Positions 19,901 through 28,342 of a stretch of DNA of 64,000 nt are shown here, one piece after another; positions within the stretch are counted from its first letter, which is position 1; every line of letters starts with the position of its first letter. The stretch lies in the sequence record NC_048779.1, one strand, 5' to 3'. The notes beneath the pieces were generated by a model. That model saw only the letters and a program-made list of their open reading frames with translations. It had not been told where the DNA came from and did no database searches. The translations under genes were made by a program, and so were the position numbers.

Positions 19901-20110
19901 TCAGTTGTTCCTTCTAACGTAATAATAAAAGTGGTGAGCATTATTCAGATTATTCGTCCCAACCGCATTAATTTTTAGAGGTGGTCTTCTAACCTCAGTG
20001 GGTAGGAAATCATAATCAAAACATTGCTCCCAATCACACTGTATTGCAAGCGTAGGTGGTGGTGACGATAAAGTAGCGGCCACCACAACCGCTATTGCTA
20101 GTTTATTCAT
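19901..20110 (-). CDS. Small signal-peptide-bearing hypothetical protein, 69 aa
   Basis: AAGGAG SD; MNKLAIAVVVAA signal-like N-terminus; CDWEQC Cys pair. Confidence 0.6.
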   Translation of the reverse strand: MNKLAIAVVVAATLSSPPPTLAIQCDWEQCFDYDFLPTEVRRPPLKINAVGTNNLNNAHHFYYYVRRNN

Positions 20111-20131
20111 AGGGTCTCCTTACATACGATG

Positions 20132-21277
20132 TTATTCCTCACTATCGTCTGGAGCTTTATTTAACCATGCCTCTCGATCATTAGTGTAATTTACATTACC
20201 TTCGTTATCTTCGATAGCAAAGAGTAAACGCTTAGGGTCGTCCTCCAATTTATCCAGTGAACCTAGAGTCAGGACGTCCCCTACTTTGACTAACTCTCCG
20301 TTCTTCATTTTACTGCACGCGGATTCGATGGCTTTTAGCTGGTCATCGGACAAGTCAAGCTTATATTGATCAGTAGTAAAGTCAATAGACTTAGCCCAAT
20401 GCATTTCCAACTCGACTGTTCCACGTTGAGTTAGGTAGTTCTGGTATGCCGGGTCATCAATCATTTGCACAGTCGGAATACAGCCACGAAGTTGACTTAA
20501 ACCGGGTTCCTCTACTCTAGTTAGTCGTCCCATCATCTGAATATTATTTCGGCTGAACACGCCTTTGCCAAAACAAGATTCAATCACTTCACTATAGGAC
20601 GGGTAACGTGTCTTAATAATGTTTCTCATCCAAGTACAGTAATCGGTAACACGCAACGTCACCCACAAGTCTTCTGGGTAAGCGGTAAAATCCGCTATCC
20701 ACCCCATGGAGTATTTAGTTAGAGGTTCGTTGAAATACTGTTGGTGACGACGACGGTAACGAGTCAACAAACGACGGTGAGTGGTTTTAGTGTAATCACG
20801 GAACCATTTGTGTTTGCGACGAACGTAAGGCTCTGGTGCATCATACCACTCCACCATGTGGTTGTAGAACTCCGGCTTAGATACTCCGAATTCCTCACAC
20901 ATCCATTCGATCAAAACCATGAAACGAGGATGAGGGTTTAGGATGCCAACCTTACCGTACCCTAAAAGGTCAAGCGTTGAACGACACTCTGCTTCATCTA
21001 ATTTCCAAACCTTACAAGGGTCATTAGGATAACCGGTCGGGTAAATGGTGTCGTAGTACACACCTTCGAACTCCAACAAACAGTGGTGTGGGTGAGAAAC
21101 CATATTGACATCAATACGGAACTTCTCCTTTAAGATATGCTGCACTAAAGTAGCAACCATGTAACAGTAACCTGTATTAAGGTCTTGAACCGCACGGTGA
21201 GGTTTGTTGTTACTGATCTTCGCGTAAGCGTCAACAGTTTGGAATAATAGTTCGGTGATTTGTTTTGAATTATACAT
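20132..21277 (-). CDS. Hypothetical protein with N-terminal transglutaminase/papain-like Cys-His-Asp domain, 381 aa
   Basis: NTGYCYMVA...HPHHCLLEFEGVYYDT motif, shared with 21665..22234. Confidence 0.55.
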   Translation of the reverse strand: MYNSKQITELLFQTVDAYAKISNNKPHRAVQDLNTGYCYMVATLVQHILKEKFRIDVNMVSHPHHCLLEFEGVYYDTIYPTGYPNDPCKVWKLDEAECRSTLDLLGYGKVGILNPHPRFMVLIEWMCEEFGVSKPEFYNHMVEWYDAPEPYVRRKHKWFRDYTKTTHRRLLTRYRRRHQQYFNEPLTKYSMGWIADFTAYPEDLWVTLRVTDYCTWMRNIIKTRYPSYSEVIESCFGKGVFSRNNIQMMGRLTRVEEPGLSQLRGCIPTVQMIDDPAYQNYLTQRGTVELEMHWAKSIDFTTDQYKLDLSDDQLKAIESACSKMKNGELVKVGDVLTLGSLDKLEDDPKRLLFAIEDNEGNVNYTNDREAWLNKAPDDSEE

Positions 21278-21662
21278 TTTGTTTCTCCAGTTCTAAAACT
21301 TTAGTTAAATACCCGCTAAGTTTCTTACCGCTTGATTTGATTTCTTCAATAGACATCCAATCTTGGTAAGGGTGTTTGGTTGGTTCCATGTTTCGAGGTT
21401 CTTCGTTTAACACTACTTCGTATAGAGCTTGATCGACCACACCTAAACTTTCGTAGGTTTGCCGCCACTTAGCTAAGCGCTTACCGATCCAGAGTTTACT
21501 TACACCCAGTTCCTCTTTTAATTCCCGAGCCAATCCAACCACGTCACGCTCGTTCTCATCTAGCTTACCACTAGGTATAGTCAGTCCACCAATCTTCTTA
21601 TGCCCTTGGATTAACAACTTACCTTCCGCATTCTTAATTAACGCACCTACTGTGAACAACAT
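21270..21662 (-). CDS. Nudix hydrolase, 130 aa
   Basis: Perfect Nudix box GKLDENERDVVGLARELKEELGV (GX5EX7REUXEEXGU). Confidence 0.92.
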   Translation of the reverse strand: MLFTVGALIKNAEGKLLIQGHKKIGGLTIPSGKLDENERDVVGLARELKEELGVSKLWIGKRLAKWRQTYESLGVVDQALYEVVLNEEPRNMEPTKHPYQDWMSIEEIKSSGKKLSGYLTKVLELEKQNV

Positions 21663-21664
21663 TC

Positions 21665-22234
21665 TTAATTACCTAGGTTCTTATCTTTAACTTCAACAAC
21701 ATGAACATGTTCGGCATCGAAACCGGGTGAGACTCGATACTCCACGTCAATGTCCATGACTTCTAAACGATTTTGTTCTTCCATACTACTGCTGATAACA
21801 ATAGGTTCAGGTTCACCAAATTCATGTCCTATGCACGTCATCGGTACTATCTCGTAATGACCGCATACATGGTGGATAACTGAATGAATATCTTTATCCC
21901 AAGGAGCTAATCGAAAATAATCCAAAGGCACCACTTCATTGCGGTGTTCACTCGATACACCATAAAACGGTAAACTTAATACGTTCCCGCCATCAAAGTT
22001 AAGGGTGTCATAAACTTTACCGTTATGCATCAAAAATGTGTGATGCGGGGAGTTTTGTATTTCCACTGTAAAGTCAAACGCTTGTCTAAGTACATACGCT
22101 GTTAATTGCGCTATCCAGATGCAATCCCCGTTATTGGCTTTTAATAAGGTTTCCTCCCATACCTCGTTTCCGAGGTATGAGTGGTACGCCTTAATCACAT
22201 CCAGTAACACCAGCTTAATGGTGTTTTCTTTCAT
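21665..22234 (-). CDS. Transglutaminase/papain-like Cys-His-Asp protein, 189 aa
   Basis: NNGDCIWIA...SPHHTFLMHNGKVYDT motif. Confidence 0.55.
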   Translation of the reverse strand: MKENTIKLVLLDVIKAYHSYLGNEVWEETLLKANNGDCIWIAQLTAYVLRQAFDFTVEIQNSPHHTFLMHNGKVYDTLNFDGGNVLSLPFYGVSSEHRNEVVPLDYFRLAPWDKDIHSVIHHVCGHYEIVPMTCIGHEFGEPEPIVISSSMEEQNRLEVMDIDVEYRVSPGFDAEHVHVVEVKDKNLGN

Positions 22235-22236
22235 GA

Positions 22237-22953
22237 CTATTTCCTATCAATCTTTTCTTCCTCGACCTCCTCCGGAAGCTGGTGTCCACTTAACTCGTAA
22301 AGAGTTCGCTTATAACGTTTCACTAAGTTCTCACGTTCTTCTTGTGTGATCTTAGGGAGTTCGCTAAAGACCATGTCTTTCCCGGCTAATAAGTATTGGA
22401 AGTTCCCACCTACTGTTTTATCGACCCCAGACATCATGAGTAGTTTAAAGGCCGTGGCAAGTCCTTGACCGGTCACCGCTTTGTCGTCAAAGAACATCTT
22501 GGTCAGAACTCTGAATGGTCCAGCACCACTACCTATCGATGCGTAGTTAGCCAACTTAGAAATTTCCAACGACCGTCCGTCAAACCAAACAGTAAAGAAT
22601 TTCTCACCAACCCGGAACATGACCTTTAGACTAATGTCCGTATCCATGTTAAAGTTAATCAAAGATAAGTCATAGTCACCCGGAACGAATTTCTCCAAAC
22701 CAAATAAAGATAACATGTCTGTAGGGTCTAGTTTAAACATCTCCACCGCATTGGTGTTACCAGCAACACCCATGAAATCCGGAGTGTGTTCTTCTCCTTT
22801 TTCATCAACGTAAGGGGGAGTTAAGTTAGGTGCTGGCATGATCTTAAGATGATCTTTCGTCGCAACTCTAGGACGACGGTCTAATTCCTCAGCACAACTT
22901 ACTGCTTTAGAATCAGCCATCATGTCCCCTAAAAATCCAACAACTAAAGTCAT
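22237..22953 (-). CDS. HslV/proteasome beta-like Ntn peptidase (A1), 238 aa
   Basis: Thr after initiator Met, MADS, LKI, GVAG, SIGSG, D.TVGG: the motif order of Thr-nucleophile proteasome-like peptidases. Confidence 0.7.
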   Translation of the reverse strand: MTLVVGFLGDMMADSKAVSCAEELDRRPRVATKDHLKIMPAPNLTPPYVDEKGEEHTPDFMGVAGNTNAVEMFKLDPTDMLSLFGLEKFVPGDYDLSLINFNMDTDISLKVMFRVGEKFFTVWFDGRSLEISKLANYASIGSGAGPFRVLTKMFFDDKAVTGQGLATAFKLLMMSGVDKTVGGNFQYLLAGKDMVFSELPKITQEERENLVKRYKRTLYELSGHQLPEEVEEEKIDRK

Positions 22954-23594
22954 ACTAATTCTCCTAGTTTCTCGTCAAGGCTAGCGACCCAACTGTCTAA
23001 CATCTCAGGGTTTGGATTCATGGACATCACCACACTTAAATCTCGTTCAGCGGAATAAACCTTAGCTAATTTAGGGGTTTCTTTCCTGTAACTAGCTAAC
23101 ATCCCCCATTGCAAACTTTGAGTGTTGTCTAAGATACCAACGACTTCGCTTGCAATCGGAACACCTTCTTCTTGGTCATTGTCCATGAAATAAGCACCAT
23201 CGTCGCTAACATCGTGAAACTTAATTCGCAATTCCCGGTTGTTAAGTTTTAAGGTGACCAAAGTACCTTTGTCAGTCAATCCTGCCCACTGGTGTTCTCC
23301 CATATTGCTATGGATCATAAGTGGGTGGCGAAGCGGGTATACGCCCTCTTCTAATTTTTCGACTTGATACAACCACATGATGTCGTAAAATTCATTAGAA
23401 GAGAAATCCTTCCCCTCGGCATCATCGTAAGCCGCACCATAAATGACATGTTCCGTCGTGCCTTCCTCACGTTCAATAGGAAAGTCTTTGCTCCAAACTG
23501 GTCGACTGGCGGAAGTCGTCATACACCAAAAAGACCCACGTTCCGTTACCGCCGTTACCATGAAGCCGCTTTTATCTACAGTAATGATAGACAT
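22950..23594 (-). CDS. Partner of Ntn peptidase (B1), probably a degenerate paralog, ~214 aa
   Basis: Paralog of 24305..24943; translationally coupled to A1 (ATGA overlap); shares a [FY].[LV]E....G.Y.[LM] motif with the A genes. Confidence 0.6.
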   Translation of the reverse strand: MSIITVDKSGFMVTAVTERGSFWCMTTSASRPVWSKDFPIEREEGTTEHVIYGAAYDDAEGKDFSSNEFYDIMWLYQVEKLEEGVYPLRHPLMIHSNMGEHQWAGLTDKGTLVTLKLNNRELRIKFHDVSDDGAYFMDNDQEEGVPIASEVVGILDNTQSLQWGMLASYRKETPKLAKVYSAERDLSVVMSMNPNPEMLDSWVASLDEKLGELV

Positions 23595-23597
23595 CAC

Positions 23598-24305
23598 TTA
23601 ATCCTCTTTCTTTTCTTCAACTGGTAATGTAAGATTGGCTTTAGCGTACAAATTCTTACGGTAATCCTTAACCAGTTTCTGTTTAGCTTTATCGGTAAGT
23701 TTAGGTGGTTCAGCTGTTATGTCGGAGGAGCCTTTATCCACCACCCATAAGTCACCACCGATGGTCGGATCGATACCCGATAACAATAAGAAATTTAACG
23801 TAACGAATTTCTTATTAAGGGAAGGTTCGGTCGTGTTGTATAGCACCCTTAACATATAGTTATACATCCCCGTCCCGCTACCGATGATCTCGGTGTCCTT
23901 TAATTCCCCGATGTTAAGTTTATCCCCACTGTACTTTACTCGGAAACATTGTTCGCCTATTCGAAATAAGGCCCAACATTCACGATTAGTGTTAACTTTT
24001 AAATTACAGGTTTTAAGATCGTAACTACCGGGAACAAAGTTAGTCAAGCCGAACGTAGTTAGCAATTCATTTAAGAACAAAGTCAATATTCTGACACCAA
24101 AAGTTGAACCAGCGGTGCCCATGAAATCTGGACTTTTTAAAGTCCCACTACCGTCATCAAACTTAGGGGTGTCACTAGGTGCAGGACAAATCTTCAAATG
24201 AGATTTAGAAGAATCTCGACCTCGGTGTTCAGCCTCCAGCTCAATACCGTGACGACTTAATGAGTCAGCCATGAAAGTCCCTTTATGAAAAACAACAATG
24301 GTCAT
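23598..24305 (-). CDS. HslV/proteasome beta-like Ntn peptidase (A2), 235 aa
   Basis: MTIVV..MADS, LKI, GTAG, IIGSG, D.TIGG; clear paralog of A1. Confidence 0.7.
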   Translation of the reverse strand: MTIVVFHKGTFMADSLSRHGIELEAEHRGRDSSKSHLKICPAPSDTPKFDDGSGTLKSPDFMGTAGSTFGVRILTLFLNELLTTFGLTNFVPGSYDLKTCNLKVNTNRECWALFRIGEQCFRVKYSGDKLNIGELKDTEIIGSGTGMYNYMLRVLYNTTEPSLNKKFVTLNFLLLSGIDPTIGGDLWVVDKGSSDITAEPPKLTDKAKQKLVKDYRKNLYAKANLTLPVEEKKED

Positions 24306-24943
24306 TACAACCCCTCCAATTCTTTTTCAAATTTACCCACCCATTCTTCAATGAGACCCTCACTATAACTAATCGCACGTACTGTAACGGAGTCAGTATC
24401 CCGAAAATAGGTTTTCACCATCTTAGGCACTTCAGCGCGCATGTTAACCAACATCACCCAGATCAAGGTTTCATCGGCAGAGAAAATACCGAAAGTTTCA
24501 GCCACACGAGTTCCTTCATTATCCGGATCAACAAAATAGTTCCCTTCTGTACCATGGTCTTCTATGGTCAAAGTGGACCCAGATAAACTGATTGTAATGA
24601 TTCGTCCTTTTTCGGTGATTCCGTACCAGTGGGTTAATTCCTGTCGGTAGAAATAGCACGAAGGGGGACTCATTTTGTATTCCCCTGCTTGTAACTCTTC
24701 CAAATTAAAAGTTTTAGCGACATCTAGCATATCGCTACTGGAAAGCTCCATAGGGTTATCATAAAGGATGCGGTTACCAAACATGACTCGCTCAGGGTCA
24801 CCTTCTTGTGGACGGTATTTTAACTGGTCTCTCCATACCGGTTTCCCACCTCTATTTTCACAGGTCCAAAAATCCCCTCGGTCAGAAGTAAATTGAACTC
24901 GCATGTAATCGGCATTCGCTTGCAGATAGTAATCTTTCATCAT
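24305..24943 (-). CDS. Partner of Ntn peptidase (B2), 212 aa
   Basis: Paralog of B1 (T.[ED]RG.FW, PVW, G.T[DE]KG, YF[MV]D); TAATG overlap with A2. Confidence 0.6.
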   Translation of the reverse strand: MMKDYYLQANADYMRVQFTSDRGDFWTCENRGGKPVWRDQLKYRPQEGDPERVMFGNRILYDNPMELSSSDMLDVAKTFNLEELQAGEYKMSPPSCYFYRQELTHWYGITEKGRIITISLSGSTLTIEDHGTEGNYFVDPDNEGTRVAETFGIFSADETLIWVMLVNMRAEVPKMVKTYFRDTDSVTVRAISYSEGLIEEWVGKFEKELEGL

Positions 24944-25399
24944 TTAACTCCATGAATAGAAGTGAGCCGGTTCGTCGGCACGGTAAGCCTCAATCCAACT
25001 CATGAAAATTTGAGAAACTTTATTAGCGCTAGGTTTCGTGTAAATGTCACGGCGGACAAAGAAAGTAACCACGTTAAGGGGGTCGTTATTGTTAGCAAGA
25101 GATCGTTTTCTCGCAAACTTCATTTCAACCACATTGGGTTCGTCAAAAGTAATCGTGAGTAGTTGATACAGCTTAAGAAGTTTTTCAAACGCTTCCAAAC
25201 TATAAACCATTTGGATGTAGTAAACTACATTGTTGTTAGACTCATGTCCCTCACAACAAGACATTGTCCCCAAATAACGACATCGGTTTAATGATTGAAT
25301 GATTTCACGACACGAAACGTCACAATGCTCAAGAATTGATTTTTCATTTCTTTGATAATAAATCTTTTCTAATTCAAACATTTTTGGTTCAGTTTGCAT
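24944..25399 (-). CDS. Hypothetical protein with D..[IC]...I..LN....T.SCCEGH motif (TYW3-like N-terminus?), ~151 aa
   Basis: Likely start MQTEPK at 25399 (AAGGAG SD); motif seen directly; fold assignment tentative. Confidence 0.5.
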   Translation of the reverse strand: MQTEPKMFELEKIYYQRNEKSILEHCDVSCREIIQSLNRCRYLGTMSCCEGHESNNNVVYYIQMVYSLEAFEKLLKLYQLLTITFDEPNVVEMKFARKRSLANNNDPLNVVTFFVRRDIYTKPSANKVSQIFMSWIEAYRADEPAHFYSWS

Positions 25400-25438
25400 G
25401 GATGACTCCTTAATGAATTTTTTAAAGTGCAAAAAGGA

Positions 25439-25458
25439 GTGAGTCCCGAAGGACTCAC
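25439..25458 (-). terminator. Intrinsic terminator after thyA
   Basis: gtgagtcc-cgaa-ggactcac; UUCG loop on minus strand, followed by TCCTTTTT. Confidence 0.75.
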
Positions 25459-25472
25459 CTAAATTTAATTAA

Positions 25473-26381
25473 CTACACGGTAAACGGGTAGACGATTTTG
25501 TCGTGGTGTTTGTAGTCGATAAGTTTGAAGTCTTTAGGTGTCACCCAAGTACGGACATCTTCCAGTGTTTTAATGTCTGGGTTAATCCATAACTTAGGTG
25601 CTTCTAAAGGTTCACGCTCCATCTCACCACGGAACAGATCAATCTGATCTTCATACAAATGCACGTTAACCAGTTTATGATAAGACTCTTTAGCATGATG
25701 ACCTGTTATCTGTGCCATCAACGCATTGCTCAAGAAAACTTGAATCATATTACTGGACATCCCAAGTCCTAAATCACACGATCTTTGCGTTGAGTTCAGG
25801 TACATGTTGTCGTTTACCAGTGACCAGTGGTGGGAATACATGCAAGGACGTAAACATCCTAAGCCAAACATCCCGGGATTCCAGAAACTAAGAATCTCAC
25901 CACGGTCATCCAGACCATCGCATAAGTCCGTATAGATCTTGTGCAAAATATCGATCTCACCAGAATGACGTAAGTCTAAAGTACCGTCATCCTTAATGCG
26001 TGCAGAACGATTCACAAACTCCATGATCGGCCAGTGGTTGGCAACAGCACCATACACCACACCCATGTCGTCTTCACCAAGACGGTTAGGGTTATTTAGC
26101 CACGCTTTATTCTCGTTAGCATTGGCGTCCCAAGACTTAGTCATTAAGGCACGGAAGTCCGCAGCATTCATCAACCCCTTCCAGTAACCCAACAATTCAC
26201 CAACACCTAAGTAAAAGGGTGACTGACGAAGAGTGTTAGCGGGCACAGCACCTAGGTCGTTACGGTAGGTTAGGTCTGCGTTAATGACAGTAAGACAGTT
26301 TTTACCAGTACGCTGGTTATGAACCATCTCACCTTCATTAAGAACACGTTGACCTAACTCTTTAAAATTAGTGTAAATCAC
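25473..26381 (-). CDS. thyA: Thymidylate synthase, 302 aa
   Basis: RTG, GELL, G.VYG, LRPC (catalytic Cys), QRSCD.GLG, H.Y motifs; GTG start. Confidence 0.95.
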   Translation of the reverse strand: MIYTNFKELGQRVLNEGEMVHNQRTGKNCLTVINADLTYRNDLGAVPANTLRQSPFYLGVGELLGYWKGLMNAADFRALMTKSWDANANENKAWLNNPNRLGEDDMGVVYGAVANHWPIMEFVNRSARIKDDGTLDLRHSGEIDILHKIYTDLCDGLDDRGEILSFWNPGMFGLGCLRPCMYSHHWSLVNDNMYLNSTQRSCDLGLGMSSNMIQVFLSNALMAQITGHHAKESYHKLVNVHLYEDQIDLFRGEMEREPLEAPKLWINPDIKTLEDVRTWVTPKDFKLIDYKHHDKIVYPFTV

Positions 26382-26382
26382 T

Positions 26383-27171
26383 TTAACCTCTAAATTTAAT
26401 TTTACGATTATTGTTACGTTTACCCCACAACCCCATGTACTGACGGTCTATGGTTTCAACGGGATGAACTTTACCATACTTTAAAAACTGCTCAGTATAA
26501 GTGTTCACTAAAGAGTTCACATTCTTACGCAATAACAAGCGATCAAATTCTTTCCACTCTTCCGCAAAAAGATCCATTCCCAACGTAGGATAGCTAATCC
26601 AGTTATAACCTTCCGTTTTACCAAACTTATCCAATAAGTGGTGATAAACTTCCGAGGTCATTTGTTTCTGGGTTAACTCTTCTTTTATTCTGAACTGAAA
26701 GGCTCTCATCACATACAAAGGGAAATTAGGTTTCCCTCTGTCCGATAATGCGACTAAAGTACTTAACTCAGTAGTAGGTCCACCACGGTAACTGCTTCGG
26801 TGTTCTAAACAACAACGAGATATTTCTTCTATCTCTTTTTCTGTCATATCAGAATCAAATACCGATAACAGTTCTTCAGCAATCGCTGCCGACTCCACGT
26901 GGTGACCCGCACGATCCCAACGACAACCCAAATCGTGCATGAGGCAACCGTAGTAGATGATTTTCATCTCATTGGTGCCGTAGTATCCCTTCTTTATTCC
27001 TAACTCCACACCGAGGCGTATAACGCCTAATATGTGCTCTAAGTTATGAGCCGGGTCATTCTTATTATTACTGATGGTACAAAACTGAACAATTTGGTGG
27101 TTAACTTTGATGCCAGCTTGTTCAGCCAGCCATAAAAATCTGGCTTGGTATTTCTCGATGCGTTCTTTCAT
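26383..27171 (-). CDS. HD-domain phosphohydrolase, ~262 aa
   Basis: H..EH...V, LMHDLG, HH..SA, EH, D metal-binding pattern; likely start MKERIEK at 27171 (AAGGA SD). Confidence 0.85.
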   Translation of the reverse strand: MKERIEKYQARFLWLAEQAGIKVNHQIVQFCTISNNKNDPAHNLEHILGVIRLGVELGIKKGYYGTNEMKIIYYGCLMHDLGCRWDRAGHHVESAAIAEELLSVFDSDMTEKEIEEISRCCLEHRSSYRGGPTTELSTLVALSDRGKPNFPLYVMRAFQFRIKEELTQKQMTSEVYHHLLDKFGKTEGYNWISYPTLGMDLFAEEWKEFDRLLLRKNVNSLVNTYTEQFLKYGKVHPVETIDRQYMGLWGKRNNNRKIKFRG

Positions 27172-27210
27172 AGTTGCTTCCTTAAGAAAACTAAGTCTCA
27201 TAACACTTTG

Positions 27211-27231
27211 ATAATATAGATTTAATAATTT
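27211..27231 (-). promoter_or_regulatory. Putative early promoter variant AAATTATTAAATCTATATTAT
   Basis: Aligns with other CTATAT[AT]A[CT] motifs; upstream of the HD-thyA operon and just downstream of a terminator. Confidence 0.5.
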
Positions 27232-27260
27232 TTAACAAAAAATAAAGTGTGTAAAAGAAC

Positions 27261-27284
27261 AGGGAGGTGGAAACCCACCTCCCT
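27261..27284 (-). terminator. Intrinsic terminator
   Basis: agggaggtgg-aaac-ccacctccct 10-bp stem; T tracts follow on the minus strand. Confidence 0.8.
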
Positions 27285-27305
27285 ACATCAGCCATTGTTT
27301 TATTA

Positions 27306-27785
27306 TTATAATCCACCTAGCACGATAGCACGACATTCCTTTCTAAATGAGAAAAGTTCGTTAGCTGCCATTCGGTTATCATTAGGGAATGAAGTAATTT
27401 CTTTACCCTCCTTATCGGTGAACCATATGGTTTCGTATTGAGCAAAGAAATGAGCAAAGTCTCCGTAGTCCCATTCCGTATTACGAAGCGCCATGTTCTG
27501 CGCCAAATCGTAATAAGAATCGTACCCGAAAAGTTTACCTAAGTCTTTCTCTTCATATATACGACCGTCCAGTATTAATTTAAATCTTCCTTCCCCATTG
27601 ATAGGATCACAAAGGAAGCTAAGTTGCAAGGAGCGGTTTACGTTGTAATCAAATTGGTAGGTGAACGCATCCTTACCCGGATGGTACTCCCACTTTTGAG
27701 TGGAGGTGGTGTCTAACACCGCGTAGTCTGCCCACGTAACCATGCTGATGCACATGAGTAATAAACAAGAGAATTTGCTTTTCAT
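27306..27785 (-). CDS. Secreted/periplasmic hypothetical protein, 159 aa
   Basis: AGGA SD; Sec-type signal MKSKFSCLLLMCISMVTWA|D. Confidence 0.7.
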   Translation of the reverse strand: MKSKFSCLLLMCISMVTWADYAVLDTTSTQKWEYHPGKDAFTYQFDYNVNRSLQLSFLCDPINGEGRFKLILDGRIYEEKDLGKLFGYDSYYDLAQNMALRNTEWDYGDFAHFFAQYETIWFTDKEGKEITSFPNDNRMAANELFSFRKECRAIVLGGL

Positions 27786-27823
27786 TATTGTTTCCTTCTG
27801 AGTATATTGAACATCAGCGCTTA

Positions 27824-28342
27824 TTAAAGAGCCAGACGAAGTGAACTCGCAAACTGTTCTTTTGCAGATTCAGAGATCGAATAGTCTTCATAACAAGTGT
27901 GACTGATGACGGGTTTTTGGTGGGTCAACACCAACAGTAAGTTAAAGAATTGTTCAGTGACCGTATTGCGTTCCGATTCGTCAAGTGAACTAAGGAGTTT
28001 GACTAAATTCATAGAGTCGCGTTCTTGATTAGGAGTACACCAAGTTAAAGAGTTTAAAGAATGATAATCTCGTTCTAATAAACTGTATCCCTCTGTGTTC
28101 TCCATAACGACCAGTACGAACTTAACCTTGTCGTTATGATCATAGATCTCAAAACGAGTTACGTCATCCTTACGAACGGCGTTAACGCGGAAACGCTTCT
28201 GAGATTTATTGTCGAGCAGTTTCGTAATGCACCATCCTGCTGAAACTACTAAGATCATAAAAATATAAATTAGTTGGTATTGATCTGCTGAAAATAAAGA
28301 CCCGACGGTCAGTAATGCGATAAACGTTAATACAAAGATCAT
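27824..28342 (-). CDS. Membrane protein with two N-terminal TM helices, ~172 aa
   Basis: Likely start MIFVL at 28342 (GGGAG SD; ATGA overlap with upstream stop). Confidence 0.7.
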   Translation of the reverse strand: MIFVLTFIALLTVGSLFSADQYQLIYIFMILVVSAGWCITKLLDNKSQKRFRVNAVRKDDVTRFEIYDHNDKVKFVLVVMENTEGYSLLERDYHSLNSLTWCTPNQERDSMNLVKLLSSLDESERNTVTEQFFNLLLVLTHQKPVISHTCYEDYSISESAKEQFASSLRLAL

